Of a stretch of 64,000 nucleotides of DNA, positions 27,373 to 36,913 are shown one piece after another. Made by a program: the position numbers and the translations under genes. Below the pieces are notes generated by a model. It was not told where the DNA came from. It worked only from the letters and a program-made list of their open reading frames with translations, and made no database searches. Each line of letters opens with the position of its first letter. Positions within the stretch are counted from its first letter, which is position 1. Origin of the DNA: Planctomycetota bacterium (lineage in GTDB: Bacteria; Planctomycetota; Planctomycetia; Pirellulales; Lacipirellulaceae); contig JBCCXZ010000007.1 of the NCBI GenBank assembly GCA_039190745.1, positions 33,706-97,705 on the forward strand, read 5' to 3'.

Positions 27373-29034
27373 TCAACCGGAAACAACTTCCCCCCACTCC
27401 GCGACAAAATCCTCCCCGCACTTCGGGCACCGCACGCTCCGCCCTAAGAACCCCGCCGGGGCATTGCTGCTCTTCTCACAACTTGGGCACTCCAGCCGGA
27501 ACCGGTGCGGCCCGTCCTCGGCCAGCCCCTCAAAGTGCTCCGCCGCTACACGCTCGAAGTGTATGTCCGCTGCTTCTAGGGTCGTGAGCTGCTCGACCGA
27601 AAGCTCCGGCGTCTCCGCCACCCGGTCCGCCATGCGGCGGATCGCCCGCTCGAACAGGTTCCGCACCGCCCGGCCGTTGCCGAAGTGCGCGTCCCGGCCC
27701 GCGTACAACTGAGACAGACCCAGCATCGCCTTCGCCCGAGTCAGCGGCGGCAGGCGGTAGTGGTTCTTCTCGCACATAGCGCCGAAAATCTGCGCCAACT
27801 CCACGGGACCGTAGTCCGCGAACAACAGCCGCCTGCTGAACCGCGACTGCAAGCCCGGGTTCGACTCGACGAGCCGCTCCATCTCCGCCGGGTACCCGGC
27901 CAGGATCACGACCAGCCGGTCGCGGTCGTCTTCCATCCGCTTGAGCAGCGTCTGCACCGCCTCGCGGCCGAAGGCGTCGTCGCCCTCGGTCGAGATCAGC
28001 GTGTACGCCTCATCGATGAACAGCACGCCGTCGAGGGCCTCGTCGATCTTCTGGTTCGTCTTCGGCCCCGTCTGCCCCGCGTACTCGGCGACCAGCCCCG
28101 AGCGGTCCGTCTCCACGAGGTGCCCCTTCGAGAGCACGCCCATCGCCCCGAACACGCGGCCGAGCAGCCGGGCGACGGTCGTCTTCCCCGTGCCGGGGTT
28201 GCCGGTGAACAGCGTGTGCAGGCTCAGCGTCGTGCTCGGCAAACCGGCTCGCTCGCGCTCGGCCTGCACCTTGAGGAAGTTGGCCAGCGTACGCAATTCA
28301 CGTTTGACCGGCGCCAGCCCGATCAACCGGTCGAGCTCCGCGAGCACGTCGTCGAGTGACTCCGCCGGCACAGCGGGCTGTTCCGCCGGCTTCTCCTCCG
28401 CCTTCACGGCCGTCTGCACCTGCGAAGACTGCTCCAAGATCTGCTGGATCGCCGTCCGCCCCGCCTGGTCGGCCGCCTGGTGCTGATCAGGTCCGTCGAT
28501 GGGCACCGGACGGAGGTGGCCGATCAGCTCCTCGTGGATCGACCGCACCGCCCCGGCCTCCACCGAACCGACCGCCCCGTCGGCCCGCGCCACCACGTTC
28601 GCCAGCCGCACGGCGATCGTCTCCAACTCACCCACCCGGTCACGCAGCGGAGCGATCTCGTCGAACGGCCGCACCAGCTCGTACCAACGCAGCTTCGCCG
28701 CCCGACCAGACATGTCGAGGATCGTCTCACGCAGTTCGTCCCCCCGCAGCGTCTTCAGCCACAGGTGCTCCACCAGCACGCGGGCCAGCTCCTGCTCCTT
28801 GGTGCTCCATCGCCGGTCCGCCTCGCAGACCGAGACGAACACCTTCACGGCCAACGCCTTGTGAAGGTGGTCCATCGTCTCGGCAAAGCAGATCCCAGGA
28901 GACGCGAGCCCGCTCGCCTCCAGTTCGCGGGGGAACTCGTGCAAGCAGGTCTGCGCGCTGGTCGCGTACAACTCGCGGCAGCGGTGCAGCAGCCGCCGGA
29001 ACAGCGTCGGTGGGTCGTCGTGGTCGTCGGGCAT
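27373..29034 (-). CDS. CbbX/SpoVK/EccA-type AAA+ ATPase with TerB-like N-terminal region and C-terminal zinc ribbon
   Basis: LIGL..VK, GNPGTGKTTVAR, LFIDEAY, AGY, NPGLQSRF, FGNGR.VRN; N-term ADRRWS..E and ADG.V...E motifs; C-term CPSC...CPKC; likely start 29034. Confidence 0.85.
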   Translation of the reverse strand: MPDDHDDPPTLFRRLLHRCRELYATSAQTCLHEFPRELEASGLASPGICFAETMDHLHKALAVKVFVSVCEADRRWSTKEQELARVLVEHLWLKTLRGDELRETILDMSGRAAKLRWYELVRPFDEIAPLRDRVGELETIAVRLANVVARADGAVGSVEAGAVRSIHEELIGHLRPVPIDGPDQHQAADQAGRTAIQQILEQSSQVQTAVKAEEKPAEQPAVPAESLDDVLAELDRLIGLAPVKRELRTLANFLKVQAERERAGLPSTTLSLHTLFTGNPGTGKTTVARLLGRVFGAMGVLSKGHLVETDRSGLVAEYAGQTGPKTNQKIDEALDGVLFIDEAYTLISTEGDDAFGREAVQTLLKRMEDDRDRLVVILAGYPAEMERLVESNPGLQSRFSRRLLFADYGPVELAQIFGAMCEKNHYRLPPLTRAKAMLGLSQLYAGRDAHFGNGRAVRNLFERAIRRMADRVAETPELSVEQLTTLEAADIHFERVAAEHFEGLAEDGPHRFRLECPSCEKSSNAPAGFLGRSVRCPKCGEDFVAEWGEVVSG

Positions 29035-29219
29035 GGCCTCATTATCTGCTAGCAATCCGCCTCGGGAAGGGCAGGCTACACAACACTTCGACGGGGCCGC
29101 CAAATGCTTGCTAGCAGGCGTTTGTTTTTGAACGACTGAGGTTGTAAGCAGGCCCGAGCTGGGAAAGAATCCGCGCAGGCGTTGTCGATCGCGTGTTGCT
29201 TCCACTCACGAGGGGCCAG

Positions 29220-30050
29220 ATGCTGCTCAACCCGCCGCGGCTTTCTGTCAACGAGCTGACCACCTACCGCTGGTCGCTTGAAGAGGACGTCTTCCACTAC
29301 GCCGCCGCGGGGTACAACGCCATCGGCGTCTGGCGACGCAAGCTCGAAGACTTCGGCGAAGAGCGCGGGGTCGAGCTCATCCGCGAGTCCGGACTGCAGG
29401 TGACCCACCTCTCTTGGGCCGGCGGTTTCACCGGGGCCGAGATCGCCACCTTCGACGAATGCGTCGCCGACGCGAAGCACGCCATCCGCCTCGCCGCCGA
29501 CCTCAACGCGGGCTGCCTGGTCGTCCACCCAGGCGGACGCAACAACCACACCTTCCGCCACGCCGGTCGGCTGCTCCGCACTGCGCTCGACGAACTCGTG
29601 ATCGCCGCGGAGCTTCAAGGCGTCACCCTCGCCCTCGAACCGATGCACCCCGCCTGCGCCGCCGACTGGACGTTCCTCACCGACGTCGAGTCCGCCCTGG
29701 CGGTCGTCGAACACTACAACTCGCCGGCGCTCAAACTCGTGCTCGACACCTACCACTTCGGCCACGACCGCTCGCTCTTGGCGAACCTCCCCGAGGTCGT
29801 GCCCCACTTAGCCTTGGTGCAGCTCGCCGACCGCGAGCTGGCCCACGGCATCGACCACGACCGCTGCGTCCTCGGCAGCGGCCGCGTCCCGCTGGGTGAG
29901 GTCGTCGACGGCCTCCTCGACGCCGGATACGATGGCGACTTCGACATCGAGCTCCACGGAGCCGATATCGAAACGCGCGACTACCACTCCCTGCTCGCCG
30001 AAACCCAAGGCGTCCTCGACTCGCTCCTGAGGCCCGCGGCAACGGCTTAG
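29220..30050 (+). CDS. Sugar phosphate isomerase/epimerase (xylose-isomerase-like TIM barrel)
   Basis: LALEPMH, LDTYH, QLAD, G.G, GYDG..DIE metal motifs. Confidence 0.85.
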   Translation: MLLNPPRLSVNELTTYRWSLEEDVFHYAAAGYNAIGVWRRKLEDFGEERGVELIRESGLQVTHLSWAGGFTGAEIATFDECVADAKHAIRLAADLNAGCLVVHPGGRNNHTFRHAGRLLRTALDELVIAAELQGVTLALEPMHPACAADWTFLTDVESALAVVEHYNSPALKLVLDTYHFGHDRSLLANLPEVVPHLALVQLADRELAHGIDHDRCVLGSGRVPLGEVVDGLLDAGYDGDFDIELHGADIETRDYHSLLAETQGVLDSLLRPAATA

Positions 30051-30093
30051 CCCGCGCCTATGGCGTTTAGCCTCAGCACAGCGAGCCCCCCGC

Positions 30094-30522
30094 ATGTCCC
30101 GAGCACTGGTCGTCGAGCCCGGCTGGATCGTCGACGCCGCGGAGCTCTCTTTCTCGTTCGCCCGCAGCTCGGGCCCCGGCGGGCAGAACGTCAACAAAGT
30201 GAACACCAAGGCGACGCTCCGCTGGAAAGTCGGCGAGAGCGGCTCGGTCTCGCCGGCGGTCAGAGACCGCTTCTTGCAGCGTTACCCGCACCGGCTGAAC
30301 AAGACCGGCGAAGTCGTCATCACCAGCGACCGCTTCCGCGAGCAGGCCAGAAACCTCACCGACTGCTACGACCGCCTGCGTGAGCTGATCCTGTCGGTAA
30401 AGTCCCCGCCCCGCCCCCGCAAGGCGACCAAACCGACGCGGGCCTCGGTCCGGCGGAGACTAGAAGACAAACGCCACAACTCCCAGCGGAAGCAGTCCCG
30501 ACGCCCGCCCGGCTCCGATTAG
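30094..30522 (+). CDS. arfB: Alternative ribosome rescue peptidyl-tRNA hydrolase ArfB
   Basis: RSSGPGGQNVNKV motif and basic tail RKATKPTRASVRRRLEDKRHNSQRK. Confidence 0.95.
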   Translation: MSRALVVEPGWIVDAAELSFSFARSSGPGGQNVNKVNTKATLRWKVGESGSVSPAVRDRFLQRYPHRLNKTGEVVITSDRFREQARNLTDCYDRLRELILSVKSPPRPRKATKPTRASVRRRLEDKRHNSQRKQSRRPPGSD

Positions 30523-30801
30523 TGAGTTTCGCCGCTCCTCCCGCCTTAGACCTCCACCCTACTGAATTCGGCGCAAAACCCTTCTAAGGCATCGGTTACG
30601 GCAATCCTGGGCCCGATGTAGGCGGGGCGGGAGCAGAATCAGTGGCAGTGCACAGCCGCCGCGGGTTACGCTTGTGAGGCTGAGGATGGATGCGTGGCGA
30701 CGAGCAACCCGCTCGTTTCCCGCAGCCGCCGCTTCGGGTTGGCTCCCTCAGCACGACTGCTTCTCATCTCTTCAGCAAGTCGCAAGCGAAAGGAGGACCC
30801 C

Positions 30802-31266
30802 ATGTTGGGTATCGACGCGAGCCCGCAGGCGAACGCCGCCTGGATGGAGCACGAGATCCTCGACCACGTCAAGGACGCGCTCCGCGTGACCATCTCTTGG
30901 CGGGTGCCGTCGGTCGGAATCGGCCGCAAACGCTCCAGCGTGCTGTTCACGCTCGGCTCCTTCCGAAGGCACCTCGAGCGCCTCATGCAGCTCGAAGAAC
31001 GCGACGGCTACATGGGCCAGATCGCCGAGACCAAGCCTCACCTCTTCGATCAGGTCAACGACCTCATCTCCGAGCACCAGGAGTTCCGCAACCGCATGCA
31101 ACGGCTGGTGCCAGCACTAGAGGCGGCCGGCAACGCAGAAACGGGAGACTTCCAACGCGTTTGCGAAGAAATCCAGGAGCTGCTCGACCGGGTCGACGAG
31201 CACGACGAGCACGAGGTATGCCTCCTCCAAGAGGCGTTCCTCTCCGACGAGGGCGGCGAGGGCTAG
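30802..31266 (+). CDS. Hemerythrin-like (HHE) four-helix protein
   Basis: EH, HLERLMQLEE, EHQEF, HDEHE spacing; AGGAGG RBS before ATG 30802. Confidence 0.7.
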   Translation: MLGIDASPQANAAWMEHEILDHVKDALRVTISWRVPSVGIGRKRSSVLFTLGSFRRHLERLMQLEERDGYMGQIAETKPHLFDQVNDLISEHQEFRNRMQRLVPALEAAGNAETGDFQRVCEEIQELLDRVDEHDEHEVCLLQEAFLSDEGGEG

Positions 31267-31390
31267 CGGCCTCAACCGCTCTTCAATGACACCTTGCGAG
31301 GGACAGGGTGCCAACGTTCGCTGCGGCTGACTAGAATGTCGACAGCCCAGAGCTTGGCGCTCCCCCGACCCTCGCAAGCATTCCCCCGGC

Positions 31391-32146
31391 ATGGCCGAAC
31401 CCGTCGAGCACCTCGATCAACTCCTTGCCGAGTGGCGGTTCTCGCCCGGCGAGGTGCGCGTGCGAGAGGCCGTCGGGGCCGACGGTCGGGGCCTCCTGCT
31501 GCTACGCATCGACATGGGCACACTGCTCATGGAGACCGACGGCCGCCCCGACGGCGACAAGCCAGAGGGGTTCGACACCTACCACGAACTGCTCGAATCC
31601 GAAGCGCTCCTGCAAGGCGACGCCTTCACGCTCGACGAGGAGCGCTGCCGCGAGGTCGACCGCGAGTTCTACCAGTTCTACCACCGCCGCATCGCGTTAC
31701 TCTCACTCAAGCGGTACTCCGAAGCACTCCGCGACGCCGAGCACACTCTGGGGCTGATGGACTTTAGCACCCGCCACGCCCCCAGCCCGGCGTGGGCCGA
31801 GACGCACGAGCAGTACCGGCCGTTCGTCTACTTCCACCGCGTGCAGGCCGCCGCGTTGGTGGCGCTGGAAGAATCCGACGCCGCCGAAGCCGTCCGCGTC
31901 ATCGAAGAGGGCCGCCGCGTGCTGCAGGAATCCCCTCCGGCCGGCAACGACGACGACAGCGCGGCCGTGCACGCCGAGGAAATCGAGGAGCTACGCGACA
32001 AGCTCGGCGAGATGGTCGCCGCGATCAACGAGCACTACGAAGTCACGCCGAGCCTCACCGACCAACTCGCCGAAGCGATCGCCGCTGAGCAATACGAGCG
32101 GGCCGCACGCATCCGCGACCGCATCGACCAGGCCCGCAAGACCTAG
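31391..32146 (+). CDS. Conserved protein with C-terminal UVR (UvrB/UvrC) motif
   Basis: C-terminal LAEAIAAEQYERAARIRDRI; N-term RIDMG.L.ME.DGRPDG. Confidence 0.8.
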   Translation: MAEPVEHLDQLLAEWRFSPGEVRVREAVGADGRGLLLLRIDMGTLLMETDGRPDGDKPEGFDTYHELLESEALLQGDAFTLDEERCREVDREFYQFYHRRIALLSLKRYSEALRDAEHTLGLMDFSTRHAPSPAWAETHEQYRPFVYFHRVQAAALVALEESDAAEAVRVIEEGRRVLQESPPAGNDDDSAAVHAEEIEELRDKLGEMVAAINEHYEVTPSLTDQLAEAIAAEQYERAARIRDRIDQARKT

Positions 32147-32360
32147 CTGGTAAGAACCAGGCCGTAAGGCCCAGCCGCCAAGCTAGCACCGCAGGTTCTA
32201 CGCGACCCGCAAGGTCGCCCAATCTTGGCGTCTTCTGCTACCGGCCTTGCAAACTTTGCAGCGTGTACACCAGTTGGTGAACTCGCCCGCCCAGCTAGCA
32301 AATCCGTAAGCCCTTCGCGGCAGGCCGCTTACGCGAAGCACGCCCCGGCAGCCGGCCGAA

Positions 32361-32376
32361 CGGCACGCCGCGTGCT
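32361..32376 (+). promoter_or_regulatory. Putative sigma-54 -24/-12 promoter of csrA (1)
   Basis: CGGCAC-GCCGC-GTGCT, GG-N10-GC spacing, about 70 nt before the start. Confidence 0.55.
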
Positions 32377-32443
32377 TTAACCCTAGGCGTGTCCGTCAGA
32401 GTCTCTCGTCCAACTCAGCGTCTTGTCTACAAGGGAGTGTGTC

Positions 32444-32806
32444 ATGCTAGTCCTTACCAGGAAGCACGGAGAGCAGATCCGCATCGGCGACAACATCACC
32501 ATCACGGTGCTGCGGATGAAGGGCAAAGCCGTCCGCCTCGGCATCGAGGCTCCCGCCGACCAGAGCGTCCTACGCGGCGAACTCGCCTTCGAGGAGCGGA
32601 CCGCCCCAACCCCGTCCGCAGACGCACCAACCAGCCCCTCCCGCGATCACGCCGCGGCAGCGACCGAGTCCCGCGCGGCCGACCCCGACAAGCGCAAGCC
32701 GAGCCAGCCCTCCAAGCCGAAGGGCCCCAAGGCGGAAGAGGCGAAAGACGCCAAGCGCGTCGCCCCGCTGCGTGCGATGGTCCAGGCCCGCACCGTGACC
32801 GCATAG
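32444..32806 (+). CDS. csrA: Carbon storage regulator CsrA family protein with long C-terminal extension
   Basis: MLVLTRKHGEQIRIGDNITITV...VRLGIEAP...LRGEL. Confidence 0.92.
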   Translation: MLVLTRKHGEQIRIGDNITITVLRMKGKAVRLGIEAPADQSVLRGELAFEERTAPTPSADAPTSPSRDHAAAATESRAADPDKRKPSQPSKPKGPKAEEAKDAKRVAPLRAMVQARTVTA

Positions 32807-32847
32807 GCTATGGTGCTGCTCACGCGAGCCAGGGTAGAGCGACCACG

Positions 32848-34896
32848 TTATCGGGCTGCTGACTCTTCCGGTAACGTCGCCGTCATAGCCGGCTCTTCTT
32901 CACCCGATTCCTCAAGCGGCAACACCGCGTAAGTGCGCAGCGACTGGAGGTGCTCCATGAGGATCCGCCGCACTTCCAAGATGCTCTGCGGGTGACGGTG
33001 CACCGCGCTGTGGCTCGCGGGCACGATCACCTCAGAGACCGCGTCCTCAAGCCGTGCGCTCTCAATCGGCACCACGCCGTCGCCGTCGCCGCCCGCCACG
33101 AGCGACTTCACGCCGCTGGCGGGCTCGAGCCCCGCGATGTTGTGGAACCGCACCCAGGGCCCGGTCCGGGCGTCGATCAGCGTCGAAAGAAGCGGCGACT
33201 CCGGCGAGAGTGAGTCGATGCTCGTCGTCACGTCCAGCGGCGCGTCGGGCCGGAAGTAGTCCGGATTCCGGGCGACCAACTGGTTCCGCCCTTGGCTGAT
33301 CATAGTCGGCACGCGGATCAGGCTCCGGCCCAACCACCGCGTAAAGTCGTTGCTGAAGTCGCTCCCCCGGTGAGGCGTGCCGATCGTCACCACCCGGCGG
33401 ACCGAGGGGCTCGGGTCGAAGAAGAACGTCCGCTCAAGCCCGGCCCGTACCTCGGGGTCGGCGTCCAGCTTGGCGAACGGCTCGTCGCTCAACGTCTTCC
33501 AGAAACGGTCGTTGCTGTCGACCGTCTGCAGCTTCGAAACCAGCCCGCCCATGCTGTGGCCGACCAGCACCATCTGGTCGAGCGCCGGGCTCTGCTGGTC
33601 CGGGTCGAGCCGCTGCCGCATGTGCGCCATGTCCTGACGCATCCCCGCGGCGCTGAACCAGAACGGCTGGCCCGTCGGGTACAGGTAGAACCAGAACTGG
33701 TAGTACTCGCGGATGAACGGGTCGCTCCGCAGGTCGTTGAACATCTCCATCCACGTCGCCGGGCTGGACCACAGCCCGTGCACCATCACCACCGGGATGC
33801 GGTCCTTGCGGAACGGCTCGAGCATGTAGAGCCCGCGGAGCTCCTCAACCTTCTCCGGTTTCAAAAGGCCCGCGGTCGAGATGCGCGTGTCGTCGAGCGC
33901 CGGCTGGCTCAGGAAGTACGCCAGCGGCGTGCTCAGGTCCGATTCGAGGGGCACGCGCGTGCCGGCGATCTCGATGTCGCTGTGCTCCAGCGTGTCGTGA
34001 AGCTCAAGAGTCAGCTTCACCCGCTCCTTGCCGCCGCTTTCACCGTTAGCAGGCTCTGTGGAGCCGATCGACTCCGGCCGCAGGAACGCCGTGACCGCGA
34101 ACGATAGATCGTCGGGGTAGAACTCCTCTCGCGGGTCGGAGTCCTCGTGGCACCGCCGCAAGGCAATCAGCGGCACGCCCAAACCAAACCGCCGGTAGTG
34201 GTTCTGCAAACCGTGAACCTGGTAGTTCGAGACGAACTCGAAGCGGTCGAAGTCCTCCTCGTGCCAGCCCTCGCTGATCAGCTTGACTTCGAGCCGGCAA
34301 TCGTGATTGGCGGTCTCTACCTGCTGCGTCGTACCCGGTCGGATCGGGCCCTGCTTCTGCATCAACCGCAGAACGCCCTCGACCGAGGCGTTGTAGATGT
34401 CGCACGCCCGGCGGTAGTGGGGGTCGTAGGGGTTCGACTGCATCGGGTAAGCGTCGTCGAACAAGTAGCGGTAGGCGTGCACCGTCGCCGACCCGTAGAA
34501 CTCCAGCGACTCGACTGCTTTGCCGCCGCGCTCGGCCCGCGTGCCGTCGATGTAGGCCAGCTCGGCCAACGCGTAGAGGTGCTCCCGGTTGGGCTCCTCG
34601 ACGTCGATCTCCGTCAGACGATCCAAGACCGCCTGCGGGGTGGCCTTGCTCGACTTGGCGCCCAGGTCGTACCGGCGGAGCAGCTGCTCGGTGCGCTCGG
34701 TCGGCTTCGGGCCTTGGGCGCCCAGCAGCCCCAGCGTATCGGTGAGCGGGTTGTTGGGCGTTGAACGTACGCTGACCCACTTGTTGGAGGTCGCGCAGCC
34801 GCCAATCAGCAGCACCACAGCCATCAAGGCCGCGAGCCAATTGCGGGAGAACAGAGGGGATGTCCGGCCCTTCCAGTGAGCCGCTCGACGCATCAT
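32848..34896 (-). CDS. Alpha/beta-hydrolase lipoprotein (lipase/esterase-like)
   Basis: Lipobox IGGC, VHGLWS, GHSMGG nucleophile elbow, GTPHRGS, DGVVP, terminal His. Confidence 0.85.
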   Translation of the reverse strand: MMRRAAHWKGRTSPLFSRNWLAALMAVVLLIGGCATSNKWVSVRSTPNNPLTDTLGLLGAQGPKPTERTEQLLRRYDLGAKSSKATPQAVLDRLTEIDVEEPNREHLYALAELAYIDGTRAERGGKAVESLEFYGSATVHAYRYLFDDAYPMQSNPYDPHYRRACDIYNASVEGVLRLMQKQGPIRPGTTQQVETANHDCRLEVKLISEGWHEEDFDRFEFVSNYQVHGLQNHYRRFGLGVPLIALRRCHEDSDPREEFYPDDLSFAVTAFLRPESIGSTEPANGESGGKERVKLTLELHDTLEHSDIEIAGTRVPLESDLSTPLAYFLSQPALDDTRISTAGLLKPEKVEELRGLYMLEPFRKDRIPVVMVHGLWSSPATWMEMFNDLRSDPFIREYYQFWFYLYPTGQPFWFSAAGMRQDMAHMRQRLDPDQQSPALDQMVLVGHSMGGLVSKLQTVDSNDRFWKTLSDEPFAKLDADPEVRAGLERTFFFDPSPSVRRVVTIGTPHRGSDFSNDFTRWLGRSLIRVPTMISQGRNQLVARNPDYFRPDAPLDVTTSIDSLSPESPLLSTLIDARTGPWVRFHNIAGLEPASGVKSLVAGGDGDGVVPIESARLEDAVSEVIVPASHSAVHRHPQSILEVRRILMEHLQSLRTYAVLPLEESGEEEPAMTATLPEESAAR

Positions 34897-35037
34897 GCGT
34901 TCACTATCCGTCGGGTCATCGAAATGACGGCCGCGGCTGAATTCTGCCGCGGACGCAATCCGGCCCGGAGACTAGGAGAGAGCGGCTCGCGTCGTCAACA
35001 CCGCACCACGGGCGCGGGGCGAGCTGCCGCCCGACAG

Positions 35038-35319
35038 CTAGCTAATCGTGTGCGATGCGCCGAGCGTCTGCGTGTCGATCCGATGGTGCGAGACGATATA
35101 GGGTTCTGAGACCGCGTCCGAGGCCGTCTCGGGGGCCGCTTCTGCAGCCGGCTCCTCGAACTCTTCGGCGGCTTTCTTCAACTCGCCCCGCAAGATCCGC
35201 ACGCTCCGGGGAGCTTCCACGGCCAGGGTAACGCGGTTGCCTGAAACCCGACGCACTTCTACGACAATGTCGTCACCGACGTTGATCTTCTCACCGGTCT
35301 TTCGGCTTAAAACGAGCAT
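35038..35319 (-). CDS. csrA: Second CsrA family protein
   Basis: MLVLSRKTGEKINVGDDIVVEV...VTLAVEAP...LRGEL. Confidence 0.9.
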   Translation of the reverse strand: MLVLSRKTGEKINVGDDIVVEVRRVSGNRVTLAVEAPRSVRILRGELKKAAEEFEEPAAEAAPETASDAVSEPYIVSHHRIDTQTLGASHTIS

Positions 35320-35409
35320 CCTTACTTTCCTCCACAGCATTGAGATAAGTTATGAGCAGGCGTGGTCCCTTCGTGGGTTGCCATCGCGTGTTGCGACGGC
35401 TAGGCAATC

Positions 35410-35425
35410 TGCAAGCCCGGCGCCA
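35410..35425 (-). promoter_or_regulatory. Putative sigma-54 -24/-12 promoter of csrA (2)
   Basis: Minus strand TGGCGC-CGGGC-TTGCA, close to TGGCAC-N5-TTGC. Confidence 0.6.
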
Positions 35426-35658
35426 ATGGCCGAACCAAGGCTAAACCGGCAAGCCGCAACAAGCGTAACCGCCTTGCCAACATGCACTTGCACACGATTT
35501 ACCAGCACCGATAGCGGGGGCCGTTCCGGCAGATTCAGCCTCCGAATTCCGTCTCACAATGGGATGGGCTTCCGGTTTTGAGACCCGCTAGCACCGCGCT
35601 GAGAAGCACGTACCTCAGTCATGAAACACCTATCTCTATCTCTATCCAGAGCACCGGC

Positions 35659-36765
35659 ATGAGCAACGACGACTTCCGAGTGGACCCCGCTGGGTGTGAG
35701 AGCCGCAAGCAAGCGTTGCTTGCCGAGATGAACCTTCGCGGCGTCGAACTCGCCGTCCTCACGCGCAGCGAGTCGGTCCAGTGGCTCACCGGCGCCTACC
35801 TCGGCCCGCTGATGGCGGTCGGGGCTACGCTCGACGCCGGCGGCCACGTCGCCGTCATCCTCCCCGAGCGGAAGCTCGAGCTCGACTGCGTCGCGGACGA
35901 GCGCATCGGCTACCAAGCTAAACGGCACTCTACTATGCGCAACGATATGCACCGCGCGGTCGGCCAAACCCTTGCGTCCCACTGCGGTACGCTACCGGAA
36001 GCCACGGCGGTGGAGCAGTCATTCGCCGGAGGGTTTATCGCCGCAGCCGAGAGAGAAAACTTCCTCGACCTCGAAGACGCAATCGTCGCGCTCCGCAGAC
36101 ACAAGTACCCCGACGAGCTGCGGGTGATGGCCCACGCCAACCAAGCCAACCGCGCAATGTATGAAGCGGCCCGCGGGCTCGTCCAGCCGGGTATCAACGA
36201 ACTCCAGCTCTACTCGAAACTCCAAGCGGTCGCCGTTGAGGTGCTCCGCGAGCCCCTCACCTACTTCGGGCAAGACTTCCGCAGCGCCGCCCGCGGAGGC
36301 CCGCCGCGCGACCGCGTCGCCGCCGCCGGCGAGCTCTGCATCCTCGACCTCGGCGTCGGCTTCCGCGGCTACCACACCGATAACGCCCGAACGCTCGCCG
36401 TGGGCGGCGCGCCGACCCCGCTGCAGCTAGAAGCCCACGCCGCGTTGTGCTCCGTCTTCGAATGGATTGAGCAAACCGTCCGCCCCGGCGTCAGTTGCCG
36501 CGGTGCGTTCGAGCACGTCGAGCAGATGCTCCAGTCCGCTCCGGGCGAGTTCAACCACCACCTCGGCCACGGCGTCGGACTGGCCCCCCACGAGGGGCCC
36601 CACCTCAACCCGCACTGGGACGAGGCCTTCCAAGTCGGCGACTTTTTCACCGTCGAACCCGGGCTCTACAGCGACGAGCTCAACGCGGGGCTCCGGCTCG
36701 AGCAGAACTACCTCGTCACCGACGACGGCGTCGAATTGCTCACCGATTGGCCGCTCGACTTTTGA
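35659..36765 (+). CDS. M24 Xaa-Pro aminopeptidase family protein
   Basis: DLG...GYHTD..RT, HHLGHGVGL..HEGP, TVEPGLY, RLE metal ligands. Confidence 0.9.
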   Translation: MSNDDFRVDPAGCESRKQALLAEMNLRGVELAVLTRSESVQWLTGAYLGPLMAVGATLDAGGHVAVILPERKLELDCVADERIGYQAKRHSTMRNDMHRAVGQTLASHCGTLPEATAVEQSFAGGFIAAAERENFLDLEDAIVALRRHKYPDELRVMAHANQANRAMYEAARGLVQPGINELQLYSKLQAVAVEVLREPLTYFGQDFRSAARGGPPRDRVAAAGELCILDLGVGFRGYHTDNARTLAVGGAPTPLQLEAHAALCSVFEWIEQTVRPGVSCRGAFEHVEQMLQSAPGEFNHHLGHGVGLAPHEGPHLNPHWDEAFQVGDFFTVEPGLYSDELNAGLRLEQNYLVTDDGVELLTDWPLDF

Positions 36766-36793
36766 CCCCCCAGCCGAGTAAGAACGATCACCC

Positions 36794-36866
36794 TGTGGGA
36801 GGCCTCTCCGAGGCCGATTACGGTTTCCGAAGCGAAGTGAAATCGGGCTCGGAGAGCCCTCCCTCA
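36794..36866. repeat. REP family A inverted doublet (REPIN-like), copy 1
   Basis: TGTGGGAGGCCTCTCCGAGGCCGAT ... ATCGGGCTCGGAGAGCCCTCCCTCA. Confidence 0.85.
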
Positions 36867-36913
36867 GTGTGTTTTGCTTGACTGTCGACAGAGTAGCCCT
36901 TGCCGTATCCACG

